DNA of 64,000 nucleotides from Sandaracinaceae bacterium (GTDB lineage: Bacteria; Myxococcota_A; Polyangia; Polyangiales; Sandaracinaceae). Positions 9,779-20,526 of the stretch are shown here, piece by piece; position 1 is the first letter of the stretch; each line of letters starts with the position of its first letter. The notes beneath the pieces were generated by a model. That model was not told the origin of the DNA and did no database searches. It saw only the letters and a list, made by a program, of their open reading frames with translations. The DNA is taken from positions 10,810 to 74,809 of the forward strand of contig JBGALT010000015.1 in assembly GCA_044223665.1 (NCBI GenBank), in the 5' to 3' direction. Made by a program: the position numbers and the translations under genes.

Positions 9779-9842
9779 AGGAGCGGCGCGTCAGGCGTCG
9801 GCCTTGGCGGAGGAGCGGCGCGTCAGGCGTCGGCCTTGGGAG
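9779..9842. repeat. 32-bp tandem duplication spanning the stop codon of the UPF0158 gene
   Basis: AGGAGCGGCGCGTCAGGCGTCGGCCTTGG occurs at 9779-9807 and again at 9811-9839 (period 32). Confidence 0.9.
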
Positions 9843-10575
9843 CGGTCTCGGGCGCCGCCTCGGCGCCGTCGTCGCCCTCGCGTGCCTTCACCCGGAGGGC
9901 GGGCTTTCGCTCGCGAAGGAACTCGAGGAAGGCCACCGCCGCGTCGAGATCACGGGCCGCGAGCGTCTCGACCAGCTCGGTGGCCCGCTTCCTGAGGCCG
10001 TCGGTGACCTGCGAGCGCGTCTTCTTCGGGGCCTTCTCGGGAGCGCTGGGCACTTCCGCGCTCGGCTCCGTCTTCACCACTTCGTCGGCGGTCGGCACGT
10101 GCCACTCGGCGCGCGCGATGGCCTCGAGGCCGTGCGTGGCGAGCCAGGTCTCCATGCACGCCCGCAGGCGCTCGCTCCGGAACGCGAACCAGCGCTCGCG
10201 ATCGACCGGAAAGCTCATCAGCACGTCCTTGAAGCGGCGGAACGCGCCCTTGCCGTCGATGGCGGCGACCAGCTTGTCGCGGAGCTCGCCTTCTTCGACC
10301 GTCGCGATGAAGCGCTCCATCCAGCGGTACTGCTCCCGCGAGCTCACCGGCTCGACGCGGAGGTACTGCGAGTCGCCCATGACGCGCTGGTGCATCCCGG
10401 GATCGGCGATGCCGTCGACGATGCGGATCACCTCGCCGTTCTCGAGGTGGAGGTAGCTGTGCACCTCGGGCGCGTTGTTCTCGAACGCGTCCTCGAGCGC
10501 TTCCCACGCGATCGGCACGCGCCGGAGCGGCTTGCCGCTCGCCTTGGGGTCTTTGGGTTCGTCGTCGCGCGTCAT
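9823..10575 (-). CDS. UPF0158 family protein
   Basis: 250 aa. The N-terminal region (VPIAWEALEDAFENNAPEVHSYLHLENGEVIRI...YLRVEPVSSREQYRWMERF) fits the UPF0158 pattern as I remember it. Confidence 0.55.
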   Translation of the reverse strand: MTRDDEPKDPKASGKPLRRVPIAWEALEDAFENNAPEVHSYLHLENGEVIRIVDGIADPGMHQRVMGDSQYLRVEPVSSREQYRWMERFIATVEEGELRDKLVAAIDGKGAFRRFKDVLMSFPVDRERWFAFRSERLRACMETWLATHGLEAIARAEWHVPTADEVVKTEPSAEVPSAPEKAPKKTRSQVTDGLRKRATELVETLAARDLDAAVAFLEFLRERKPALRVKAREGDDGAEAAPETAPKADA

Positions 10576-10657
10576 CGGCTTGGTCTCGACATCCTAGTAC
10601 GCGCGGATGTTCCGGGTCACGTCCGTCCGGTCAGGGGCGTGCGCGTCCGCCTGGCCA

Positions 10658-12235
<1,578 letters not shown>

Positions 12236-12285
12236 GGCGGCTCGGTTCTACACCGAACGCCTGCGCGGCGGATCGGCCACCGCGC

Positions 12286-13356
12286 TCACTCGCAGATCGG
12301 GCGCTGGGCGTGCGCGGGATCGCGCTCGATCTCGAGCCGCAGCGGGAGCTCGAAGTCGACGGCGCCGCCCGTCGGCCTCGGAAAGACGGTGGAGCGCAGC
12401 GCGAGGGCGAGGCAGCGACGGAGCGTCGGGTCGTCGGTCGCGTCCTCGACGACGCACGCGTGCTGGACGTGCCCGTCCGTCTCGACGCGGAACGCGAGTC
12501 GAACGAGCCCGCCGAGGCCGCTCGCGCTCGTCGCGACACAGGCCTGTGCGGCCGGCACGAGCAGCGCGAGCGCGTCGCGTACGGGCGCGGCCTCGAGCGT
12601 GCCGATCGGCGCGTCGGCCGCGAGCTCGGGGAGCCCGTCGCAGAGAGGGTCGCCGTCGTCCGGGCTCGTCTCCTCGGGAGCCCGCGCGTCCTCGGGGAGG
12701 ACGGTGGCGAGCGCCACGCGCCCGGCGAGGGCGGGCGAGAGAGAGCGAAGCCACGACGTGACGTCGCGGAGCGATACACCGGCGTCGGCGGTCACGAAGA
12801 CGGCCTCGCTCGGGCCGAGCGCGGCGAGCGTCGCGGTGAGCTCCTCGCTCGTCAGCGGCCGTAGCGAGCCGCCTTCCTCGGTGCGGAGAAGAAAATTGCC
12901 CGACGCGGTGAGCACGACCAGGACGCCGCGCCGTGCCGCCGAGCCCGCGAGGGTCGTGAGCGCCACCGCGACCAGGGGCGACGGCGCGCCGTAGCTTCCC
13001 AGACGGGTGAGCACGCGCGCTCGTCCGCCGCTCGCCTCCACCCGCGTGCGGAGATCGCCGGGCGCCTCCGGGAGGCCGCGCACCGCGACGGAGAGGTCGG
13101 CCTCGAGCCGGAAGCCGTCGGGCCCCACGCGGAGCAGGCATCCGGCGCTCGCGTCGGAGGCGCGCATCGTGTCCTCGTGCACGGCGGCGGCGACGAGATC
13201 TCCGAACGTGGCGTCGGCGCTCAGCGCGCGGGCGCTCGGGAGCGCGGGCGGATCGGTCGTCGATCGGTGCTCGCTCGGAGGCGGCTCGGGCGCGGGCCGC
13301 GGTGCCCCTCCGCATGCCGCCAGGAGGAGGAGCCAAGGCCAGAGCCGAGAGCGCAT
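12286..13356 (-). CDS. lipoprotein with an AgmX/PglI-like C-terminal domain
   Basis: The preferred start is the ATG at 13356 (MRSRLWPWLLLLAACGG, lipobox). The C-terminus (...GLVRLAFRVETDGHVQHACVV...LRRCLALALRSTVFP...) resembles the C-terminus of the 4880..6169 protein. Confidence 0.6.
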   Translation of the reverse strand: MRSRLWPWLLLLAACGGAPRPAPEPPPSEHRSTTDPPALPSARALSADATFGDLVAAAVHEDTMRASDASAGCLLRVGPDGFRLEADLSVAVRGLPEAPGDLRTRVEASGGRARVLTRLGSYGAPSPLVAVALTTLAGSAARRGVLVVLTASGNFLLRTEEGGSLRPLTSEELTATLAALGPSEAVFVTADAGVSLRDVTSWLRSLSPALAGRVALATVLPEDARAPEETSPDDGDPLCDGLPELAADAPIGTLEAAPVRDALALLVPAAQACVATSASGLGGLVRLAFRVETDGHVQHACVVEDATDDPTLRRCLALALRSTVFPRPTGGAVDFELPLRLEIERDPAHAQRPICE

Positions 13357-13435
13357 CGCCGAGGAGAGTAGCGTCCCCGCTGGACGCGCTCGCCGTTTTC
13401 TTGCCCCGGCGGGGCGCGTCGGGCTCTCTCGGGGC

Positions 13436-14269
13436 ATGCCGCGCGCTCGATGGCTCGTGCCGACGCTCGCCGTGCTGATGGTCCTCGGGGCTCTCAGTCC
13501 GGCCGCCGCGACGCCTGGCGAGACGGGCTCGAGCGGCCACGGCCGCGCCCGGCGTCGAGCGACGCCGGCATCCCAGTCGGTCGGCCTGCCGTTCCGCGGG
13601 AGCCTGCGGCACGGCGTGCTCCTCGCCGAGTCCGAGCACGTGCGGTACGCGGGCGAGTACGCACCGAACGGCCACTTCTACGGGACCGAGGAGCTGGTCC
13701 ACGTCCTGGAGCGCGCCGCGGCGCAGGTCGAGCGACGGCTTCCCGGCGCGCGCCTGACGGTGGGGGAGCTCTCGGCCGAGCGCGGCGGCGCCCTCGCCGG
13801 GCACCGCTCTCATCGCAACGGGCGCGACGTCGACATCTCGTTCTACATGCTCGACGCGGCGGGCCGGCCCTACGCGCCCTTCGCGTTCGCGAACTTCGAC
13901 CGCCACGGCCACGGCCTGGCGCCGAACGAGTCGCTCACGTTCGACGACGCGCGCAACTGGGAGCTCGTCTCGCGCCTGGTCACCGACCCCGATGCGCGGG
14001 TGCAGTACATCTTCGTGGCCGACACGCTGCGCGCCCGGCTGCTCGCGACGGCACGGCGACGCCATGCTCCGGCCCGGGCGATCCACCGGGCCGAGGCCGT
14101 GCTCGTCCAGCCCTCCCATGGGCACCCCCACCGCAACCACTTCCACGTCCGCATCTACTGCCCGCCGGCCGACCGACCGAGCTGCGAAGATCGCGAGCCT
14201 TTCCACGCCTGGTACCCCGGCACGCCGCCCGTCGCGAGCACGCCCGACGCCGACGCCGACGGGACCTGA
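13436..14269 (+). CDS. mepA: penicillin-insensitive murein endopeptidase (peptidase M74)
   Basis: Signal peptide, then HRSHRNGRDVDISFY and HPHRNHFHVRIYC zinc-ligand motifs. Confidence 0.85.
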   Translation: MPRARWLVPTLAVLMVLGALSPAAATPGETGSSGHGRARRRATPASQSVGLPFRGSLRHGVLLAESEHVRYAGEYAPNGHFYGTEELVHVLERAAAQVERRLPGARLTVGELSAERGGALAGHRSHRNGRDVDISFYMLDAAGRPYAPFAFANFDRHGHGLAPNESLTFDDARNWELVSRLVTDPDARVQYIFVADTLRARLLATARRRHAPARAIHRAEAVLVQPSHGHPHRNHFHVRIYCPPADRPSCEDREPFHAWYPGTPPVASTPDADADGT

Positions 14270-14340
14270 GCCCCGGCGAGGCCCCCCCTCGGGCGGGATC
14301 CAGCAATATCGAATACCGCGCGAGGCGTTCTCGTATAAGA

Positions 14341-14997
14341 ATGCGGGTCGTGCGTTTTCGCTCTCCAGTCCTCCTCGGTGTCGCGGCCGCCCTCCTGGCG
14401 CTCGCCGCCGGCGCGCACGGCGTCGCCCAGGACGGCGGGTTCACCAGCGCCGAGCGCACCGCCCTCGGTCGCGGCGAGCTGGTGACGCGTCCGCGCCGCG
14501 AGACGCGCGACGACACCACGTGGATCGGCGGCAGCAGCTACCAGCGGGTCGAGCGACCGCGCGCCGAGGTCTGGCGGGGCATCCGCGACGTCGGCCACTG
14601 GCGCCACATGCTGCCCGAGACCGCCGAGACCCGCGTGGAGCGCGGCGTCGGCGACGAACAGTTCGTCGGCGTGCGTCACTCGTACGGCCCGATCGACGCG
14701 CGCTACACGCTGCGGGTGCAGTTCGACGACGCGACGCATCGCGCCACGTTCGAAGTGGAGCAGGGACGGCCGCACGATGTGCGTGCGGCCCACGGCTTCA
14801 TCGAGATCCACAGCTGGCCGGACGATCCGGCCCGCTCGCTGATCGTCTGGGCGGTCCTCGCCGATCCCGGCGACAACCCGCTGGTCTCGATGGTCTCGTC
14901 GGACATCCAGTACTGGACGCTCCGGGTACCGATGACGATGCGCGACTACCTCCAGGGCGCCGGGGCCGAGCTGTATCGCGACGAAGAAGGCCCCTGA
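14341..14997 (+). CDS. secreted SRPBCC/START-like protein (tentative)
   Basis: ATG at 14341, signal peptide LLGVAAALLALAAGAHG, ~190-aa domain. The family call is by pattern only. Confidence 0.45.
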   Translation: MRVVRFRSPVLLGVAAALLALAAGAHGVAQDGGFTSAERTALGRGELVTRPRRETRDDTTWIGGSSYQRVERPRAEVWRGIRDVGHWRHMLPETAETRVERGVGDEQFVGVRHSYGPIDARYTLRVQFDDATHRATFEVEQGRPHDVRAAHGFIEIHSWPDDPARSLIVWAVLADPGDNPLVSMVSSDIQYWTLRVPMTMRDYLQGAGAELYRDEEGP

Positions 14998-15024
14998 CAG
15001 GCCTTCCTGAGCGGCCTCCCGTGC

Positions 15025-15624
15025 TCAGCGCAGCTCGAGCACTCGCCACTCGCCGGACTCGCGAACGAGGTCGATCTGCTCCCCGGTGGGCGTCACCACC
15101 AGCGCCCTCTCGCCGTCGACGCTCACCTCGAGGGCTTCCGGATCGGCGGTGGCGGCGATCCAGCGCTCGAGCTCGGCCGCGAGCTCGGTGCGCGGCGCCC
15201 GCGCCATGACGGCCACGAGCGCCTCGGCGCGCGAGCGAGCGAGCGCGTCGTGGAGCGCCACGACGGCGTCGACCGGGCGCGCCAGCGACGGCCGACCGAG
15301 CACACCGCGGTCCAGGCGCCACCCACCCTCTTCCTCGACGAGCTCCACGCGGCCGGCGTCACGGAGGACGACGAGCGCGCGCGCCTCGACCGGCGCCCGC
15401 TCGAGCGCGTCGGCGAGGCGGGCGAGCTCGGCACCACTCTCGGCCCGCGCCGCCGCGACGCGCTCGGGGCTCGCGCCCGCGATCCGGGCGAGGGCCCCGT
15501 CATCGCTCCCCCGAAGCGCCGCGGCGAGCTGGGTCACGCTCTCGGCCGGCCCACGAGGCGGCGCGCCGCCGCAGCCCGCCAAGCTCGCCGCACCCATCAC
15601 GCACGCCCACCCGCGACCACGCAC
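15025..15624 (-). CDS. hypothetical lipoprotein
   Basis: N-terminal MGAASLAGCGG lipobox and an Ala/Arg/Glu-rich helical body. Confidence 0.5.
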   Translation of the reverse strand: MRGRGWACVMGAASLAGCGGAPPRGPAESVTQLAAALRGSDDGALARIAGASPERVAAARAESGAELARLADALERAPVEARALVVLRDAGRVELVEEEGGWRLDRGVLGRPSLARPVDAVVALHDALARSRAEALVAVMARAPRTELAAELERWIAATADPEALEVSVDGERALVVTPTGEQIDLVRESGEWRVLELR

Positions 15625-15825
15625 CGGCGCAGTCTACACGCCGGCTCCGGCGTCGTTCACGTCCTGCGTGTGAACGGGGGTTCGCGACCTGCGACCGGAT
15701 CCTCGCGGATCGAGCGCGATTCGCTCACAATGGCTCGACGGAGGCCGTTCAGCGGCCTGGCCCGATTCTTGGAAGTGCGAGGAACAAAGCCCGTGGCGTG
15801 GTCACGCCGACGGGGGAGGTGCGAC

Positions 15826-16914
15826 GTGGACACTCATCGCTTTCCGCGAGTTCTCTTGGCGTTCGGCCTGATGGGGCTCGCCTCGCTCTCGCTCGTAGCC
15901 TGCAGCAACGAGAGCCGATACTGCGACGATACGGGCTGCTATTTCTGCGACGGCCTCGGCTGCCGTCTCGTCAACCCGGCCGCGCGCCCGAGCTGCGACT
16001 GCAGCTACCAGTGCGCGATGGGCTCCGCGTGCACGTCGCTCGGCTGCACCGTCACGTGCATGCCCGGCGCGTCGACCGGCTGTCCCGACGGGACGGTCTG
16101 TCGGGCCCTCCCCACCGCCACGTTCGGCTACTGTCTCGGCCCGCAGGAGACGACGCCCACGGCGAACAGCTGCATCTGCTCGACGAGCGCGGACTGCACG
16201 GGCGACCTCGTGTGCATCGACGGCGAGTGCCGCAACGGCTGCCACTACGACCCCGCGACGCAGACGAGCGACTGTCCCTCGGGCCAGTCGTGCGTGGACG
16301 GTGCGTGCCGCACGAACCCGACCCAGGTCGGCTGTGATGCGACGCATCCTTGCGCGACCGGCTCCTCGTGCATCGCCGGCGCCTGCGTGCCCGACACGCA
16401 GACCTGCCGCTTCAACACCGAGTGCGGCGCTGGCCGCATCTGCGTGAACCAGCAGTGCACCGACGCGTGCGGCGCGACGAACCCCTGCCAGGGCTCGGCC
16501 ACCTGCGGCGCCGATGGCTACTGCCACGAGATCATCCCGCCGGTCACCGGCTGCAGCACGAGCGACGACTGCGATGCCGGCGAGACCTGCGTCGACGGCC
16601 GCTGCTTCGCCGGCTGCACGGTCGACAGCGACTGCCCCGAGGGCGACTACTGCGACGCCGGCATCTGCCGCCTCGACACCCGCGTCGATCCCGGCTGCGG
16701 TACGCCTGGCCGCATGTGCGCCGCGGGCTCGGTCTGCCGCAACGGCGCGTGCCGGTCGCCCTGCAGCACCGACGCCGAGTGCCCGCTCCACGACGTGCAG
16801 ACGAACTTCTGCGTCGAGAACGTGTGCGCGCGGACCAACGAAGCGACCAGCAACTGCAGCAGCGCCACCGACTGCACGGGCGGTGAGATCTGCGTCGACG
16901 GCAACTGCCGCTGA
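15826..16914 (+). CDS. Cys-rich repeat lipoprotein (~10 repeats of DC..G..C..G.C-x(2-9)-C)
   Basis: GTG at 15826, 7 nt after GGGGGAGG (an alternative ATG lies at 15730). Lipobox LSLVACS. Repeated units such as SADCTGDLVCIDGECRNGC and SDDCDAGETCVDGRCFAGC. Confidence 0.7.
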   Translation: MDTHRFPRVLLAFGLMGLASLSLVACSNESRYCDDTGCYFCDGLGCRLVNPAARPSCDCSYQCAMGSACTSLGCTVTCMPGASTGCPDGTVCRALPTATFGYCLGPQETTPTANSCICSTSADCTGDLVCIDGECRNGCHYDPATQTSDCPSGQSCVDGACRTNPTQVGCDATHPCATGSSCIAGACVPDTQTCRFNTECGAGRICVNQQCTDACGATNPCQGSATCGADGYCHEIIPPVTGCSTSDDCDAGETCVDGRCFAGCTVDSDCPEGDYCDAGICRLDTRVDPGCGTPGRMCAAGSVCRNGACRSPCSTDAECPLHDVQTNFCVENVCARTNEATSNCSSATDCTGGEICVDGNCR

Positions 16915-16965
16915 CACCAGCTCCCGAGCGCTCCCTTCTTCTCCGGTTCCTCGTTCCTCTCCCCC

Positions 16966-17000
16966 GACGGCCGCGCTCTCCCGCGCGGCCGTCTCTTTTT
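16966..17000 (+). terminator. rho-independent terminator
   Basis: An 11-bp GC stem (GACGGCCGCGC / GCGCGGCCGTC) with a 6-nt loop, followed by TCTTTTT, about 50 nt after the stop at 16914. Confidence 0.75.
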
Positions 17001-17067
17001 CCGCCCGTCACGGTCCGTCGGGGCCCTCGGCCTTGCCTTCCGGCGCGCCCTCCGTTAGGCGCGTCGG

Positions 17068-18219
17068 GTGACCGCCATCGATCCGAGCGCGCTGCGCCCG
17101 CACTACCGCGCCTTCGTCCGCGAGGGACGCATCCTCCTCACGGGACACTCGCACCAGGCTTGGCCCGACGTCGCCCGCGAGGGCGTGCTGCGCGCGTTCA
17201 CCGACGCCGCCGACCACGTGGACGACAAGTGGGAGGCGGCGTTCGCAGCAGCGGACCGGCTGCGCGCCGGCGTCGCAGAGCGAATCGGGGCCCGGCCCGA
17301 CGAGATCGCGCTCGGCGCGAGCACGCACGAGCTGGTCGCCCGGTTCCTCTCCTCGGTCGATCTGCGCTCCCGCCCTCGCATCGTGACGACGCGCGGCGAG
17401 TTCCACTCGGCCCACCGGCAGCTGACGCGCCTCTCGGAGGAAGGTCTCGACGTGCGCATGGTCGACGTGGCCCCGATCGCCACCCTCGCCGAGCGCCTGG
17501 CGTCCGAGATCGACGAGCGAACGGCGGCGGTCCTCGTCTCGAGCGTCCTGTTCGAGACCTCGTCGATCGTGCCCGGGATCGCCCAGCTCGCCGCGAGGGC
17601 GCGCGCGGTGGGCGCCGAGCTCCTGGTGGACGCCTACCACGCGTTCGGCGTCGTGCCCTTCTCGGTGGACGAGCTCGGTGGCGACGTCTTCGTCGTGGCC
17701 GGCGGCTACAAGTACGCGCAGTGGGGTGAGGGGTGCTGCTTTCTGCGCGTTCCCCCGGGGTGCGTGCGCCGGCCCGTCTACACCGGCTGGTTCAGCGACT
17801 TCGCCCACTTGGCGGCCCCGCGCGACGGCGGGCGCATCGGGTACGGCCCGCGCGGCGCCGATCGGTTCGCCGGCAGCACGTACGACCCGACCAGCCACTA
17901 TCGCGCCGTGGCGGTGCTCGACTTCTTCGACCAACGAGAGCTGAGCCTCGCGCGTCTCCGGGAGCTCTCGCTGCGGCAGACGCAGCGTCTTCTCGATGGT
18001 CTCGGCGACCTCGACGTCGCGACGCCACGAGAGCCTTCCCTCCGCGGGGGCTTCGTGGCCATTCGCCACCCACGGGCCGGGGCGCTGGTCGCGGCGCTGC
18101 GCGACGAGGGCGTGCTGACGGACGCGCGGGGTGAGCTGCTCCGGCTGGGCCCGGCGCCTTACGTGACCGATGCCGAGCTGGATCACGCGCTCGCGGTCCT
18201 GCGCCAGCTCACCCGATGA
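17068..18219 (+). CDS. class V-fold PLP-dependent enzyme (kynureninase/aminotransferase-like)
   Basis: GTG start, 383 aa. DAYHAFG and GGYKYAQWGEG (candidate PLP lysine) resemble the kynureninase/class V family. Confidence 0.65.
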   Translation: MTAIDPSALRPHYRAFVREGRILLTGHSHQAWPDVAREGVLRAFTDAADHVDDKWEAAFAAADRLRAGVAERIGARPDEIALGASTHELVARFLSSVDLRSRPRIVTTRGEFHSAHRQLTRLSEEGLDVRMVDVAPIATLAERLASEIDERTAAVLVSSVLFETSSIVPGIAQLAARARAVGAELLVDAYHAFGVVPFSVDELGGDVFVVAGGYKYAQWGEGCCFLRVPPGCVRRPVYTGWFSDFAHLAAPRDGGRIGYGPRGADRFAGSTYDPTSHYRAVAVLDFFDQRELSLARLRELSLRQTQRLLDGLGDLDVATPREPSLRGGFVAIRHPRAGALVAALRDEGVLTDARGELLRLGPAPYVTDAELDHALAVLRQLTR

Positions 18220-18274
18220 ACGATCCTGTCGCAGTCGTGTTGCAGAAGCAGGCGACGCGTGTTTGACTGTCCGA

Positions 18275-18721
18275 GTGAGCGCGGTCGTGACCCAGCCCAG
18301 TGAGAAGACGACCTCGGCGTCCGAAGCCAGTGACGCCGAGGCGGGCCAGGGCCTCTTCGACAAGCTCGGCATCGGCGTCTCGCTGACGTGCGCGGTGCAC
18401 TGCGTGATCACGGCGCTCGTCTCGCTCCTGCCGACCCTCGGCTTCAGCGCGGCGACGGGCGAGGCGATGGAGTGGCTGGAGCTGCCGCTGCTGCTCGGCG
18501 CGCTCGGCATCGGCTTGTTCGCGCTCGTCCGACCGTACCTGCACGAGCACAAGAACGTGATGCCGGTGGTCCTCTTCTCGATCGGGATGATCTCGATCGT
18601 GCTCAGCCGCTTCGCGCCGGGTCTCTACGAGACGGTCCTCACCGTCGTCGGTATCGCCTTCGTCGCGACGGCGCACGTGGTGAACCTGCGCCTGCACGCG
18701 GTTCACCACGTTCCGCACTGA
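18275..18721 (+). CDS. MerC-domain membrane protein
   Basis: The first TM segment carries GVSLTCAVHCVITALVSLLP, and there are four TM segments. The start (GTG 18275) is uncertain. Confidence 0.55.
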   Translation: MSAVVTQPSEKTTSASEASDAEAGQGLFDKLGIGVSLTCAVHCVITALVSLLPTLGFSAATGEAMEWLELPLLLGALGIGLFALVRPYLHEHKNVMPVVLFSIGMISIVLSRFAPGLYETVLTVVGIAFVATAHVVNLRLHAVHHVPH

Positions 18722-18739
18722 TTCGGCTCGCGGCCGGTC

Positions 18740-18775
18740 CTCACCGAATCGCCGCCGAGGCGACGACTCGGTGAG
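18740..18775. terminator. hairpin between convergent genes (possible bidirectional terminator)
   Basis: CTCACCGA ... TCGGTGAG (8 bp) enclose an inner TCGCC/GGCGA stem. There is no clear U-tract. Confidence 0.3.
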
Positions 18776-18788
18776 ACCGACGCCACGA

Positions 18789-19952
18789 TCAGCGCGCCGA
18801 GGCCGACGCGCTCGCGGACATCGAGACCGACACGTTCACCGACACCGAGATGCTCGCGCTCGCGTTGGCGATCGCGCCGGCGGCCGCCGTCGCGCAGACG
18901 ACCGCGTTGATGCCGGCCGCTGCGGCCGACTGCGGGATCTGGGGCGCCGTGCGGACGATCTCGGCACCCGCCGTGCGGAGGCGCTCGACGCGCGTGCGGA
19001 TCGCGAGGATCTGGCTGATGCCGTCACGGATGGCGGCCTGGACGCGGGCGAGGCGAGCCTGGCCCTCGGCGTCGAGCCCGGCGCTCATCGTCACGTGGGT
19101 CTCGCCGGGCGTGCAACGGGCCTGGGCCTCGACGTGCGCATCGCACGAGGCGCGGCAGCGCGCGCTCGCCGTCGGCCGGCGAATGGTGCCGGTGCAGTAG
19201 GGCTCGCGGAATTCGACCGAGCAGCCGCCGCGGCACTCGCCGGTGCAGCTCGCCTGCGCGTCGGCCACGCACGAGCCGTGGCAGGTGCCGTCGCAGCGGC
19301 CCGCGCAGCTGCCGTCGGCGTTGCGCGCCGAGCACGTGCCCTCGCAGGAGCCTTCGCACGTCCCCGAGCACGTCGCGTCGACCTGTACCGCGCAGCGGCC
19401 CGTGCACGTCGCGTCGCAGTGGCCGCGCAGCTCGCCGCCCTCGCACGTCAGCTGCACCGAGCCGGGGTCGACGTGCGCTTCGCACTCCGCCATGCAGCTC
19501 GCGTACGCATCGACCGAGACCTCGCAGTGCGGCGGGCGCGCGTCGACCTGGAAGTCCGCGTGCGCCGAGTCGCGCAGGGCCGCCATCTCGGAGCGCAGGC
19601 GCCCGTCCACCGTGCTGCACAGCTGCTCGAGATCGGCACCGTTGGCCTGCATCTCGGCATCGCTCATGCCCAGCGCGCGACCCGTCACCTGGCAAGCGTT
19701 GAGGAGATCGCGCTGGATGCCCATCGCGGCGTCCTGCCAGGCGATCGTCGCCGCGAAGAACGCCTCGAGCTTGGCCGCCGCGTTGGTAGCGCCGAAGTCG
19801 CCGTTGCAGCTGGCCATGCTCACGGACTCACCGCCGCTCCCTCCGCCGCCGCCGCCGCCGCCGCCACCGCCGCCCCCGCGACCGCGCGGCACGCATCCCG
19901 CGGCAAGCAGACCCACGCACAGACTCCCGACCCCGATGTAGACGCTTCGCAT
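18789..19952 (-). CDS. Cys-rich lipoprotein with a poly-Gly linker and a CxxxC array
   Basis: ATG at 19952, lipobox LLAAGC, a G13 run, and a central block CDATCTGRCAVQVDATCSGTCEGSCEGTCS...CAGRCDGTCHGSCV flanked by helical segments. Confidence 0.65.
   Translation of the reverse strand: MRSVYIGVGSLCVGLLAAGCVPRGRGGGGGGGGGGGGGSGGESVSMASCNGDFGATNAAAKLEAFFAATIAWQDAAMGIQRDLLNACQVTGRALGMSDAEMQANGADLEQLCSTVDGRLRSEMAALRDSAHADFQVDARPPHCEVSVDAYASCMAECEAHVDPGSVQLTCEGGELRGHCDATCTGRCAVQVDATCSGTCEGSCEGTCSARNADGSCAGRCDGTCHGSCVADAQASCTGECRGGCSVEFREPYCTGTIRRPTASARCRASCDAHVEAQARCTPGETHVTMSAGLDAEGQARLARVQAAIRDGISQILAIRTRVERLRTAGAEIVRTAPQIPQSAAAAGINAVVCATAAAGAIANASASISVSVNVSVSMSASASASAR
19843..19881. repeat. (CCG)n trinucleotide repeat encoding the poly-Gly linker
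   Basis: Seven perfect CCG units at 19843-19863, followed by CCA CCG CCG CCC CCG. Confidence 0.9.
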
Positions 19953-20125
19953 GGCGCGGACACTAACGCGAAATCGTCCGAACGGGGATCCTCCGCCGCA
20001 GCGCCGGATCTTCGCCCCGCCTGTCCGGTCGCCGAGCGCGACGTCGGCGTGAGGGGCGCCGCGGGTCGATGCGCGTGAGTCGGGCCATTGCCGAATCACG
20101 AGCGCTCATCTAGAACGACCGACCG

Positions 20126-20526
20126 ATGTCGGAGCCGCCCTCGGGAGCACCACCCAAGTCCTCGAGCCGCCCGCCACCGGGCGCGACCTCGACCGCGCCG
20201 AAGCGTTCTACGTCGGCGTCCTCGGGCTCACGCTCACGCGGCGCCACCTCGACGAGCGCGGGCGGCCGCGCGCGTTCTGGCTCGCCATCGGCAGCGGCTT
20301 CCTCGCCGTCGAGCGCGCCGAGCGTGCCGAGCCCACGCGCGCCGACGACACGCCCGGCTGGCACTGCATCGCGCTCGCGATTCCGATCGAGGCCCGCGAG
20401 GCCTGGCGGGCGCGGCTCGCCGAGAAGGGGTTTCCCGTCGAGCACGAGACGGCCTACACGCTCTACGTCCGCGATCCCGAGGGCGCCGTGGTCGCGCTGA
20501 GCCACCACCCGCTCTCGATCACCGGC
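20126..20526 (+). pseudogene. VOC (glyoxalase/bleomycin-resistance fold) domain ORF; the start is out of frame and no stop precedes the SGNH gene
   Basis: The coding frame (...DLDRAEAFYVGVLGLT...GWHCIALAIP...YTLYVRDPEGAVVAL) has no ATG, GTG or TTG between the TGA at 20050 and the GTG at 20488. The only nearby ATG (20126) is in another frame. Confidence 0.5.

Noticed and set aside
14325-14341. TATAAG box 5 nt upstream of the 14341 ATG, as a promoter for a leaderless transcript
   Set aside because: No acceptable -35 element lies at 16-18 bp spacing. A single AT-rich hexamer is weak evidence.
19843-19881. (CCG)n tract as a phase-variation switch
   Set aside because: The repeat unit is a triplet lying in frame within the coding sequence. 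Slippage would change only the poly-Gly linker length and would not switch the gene on or off.
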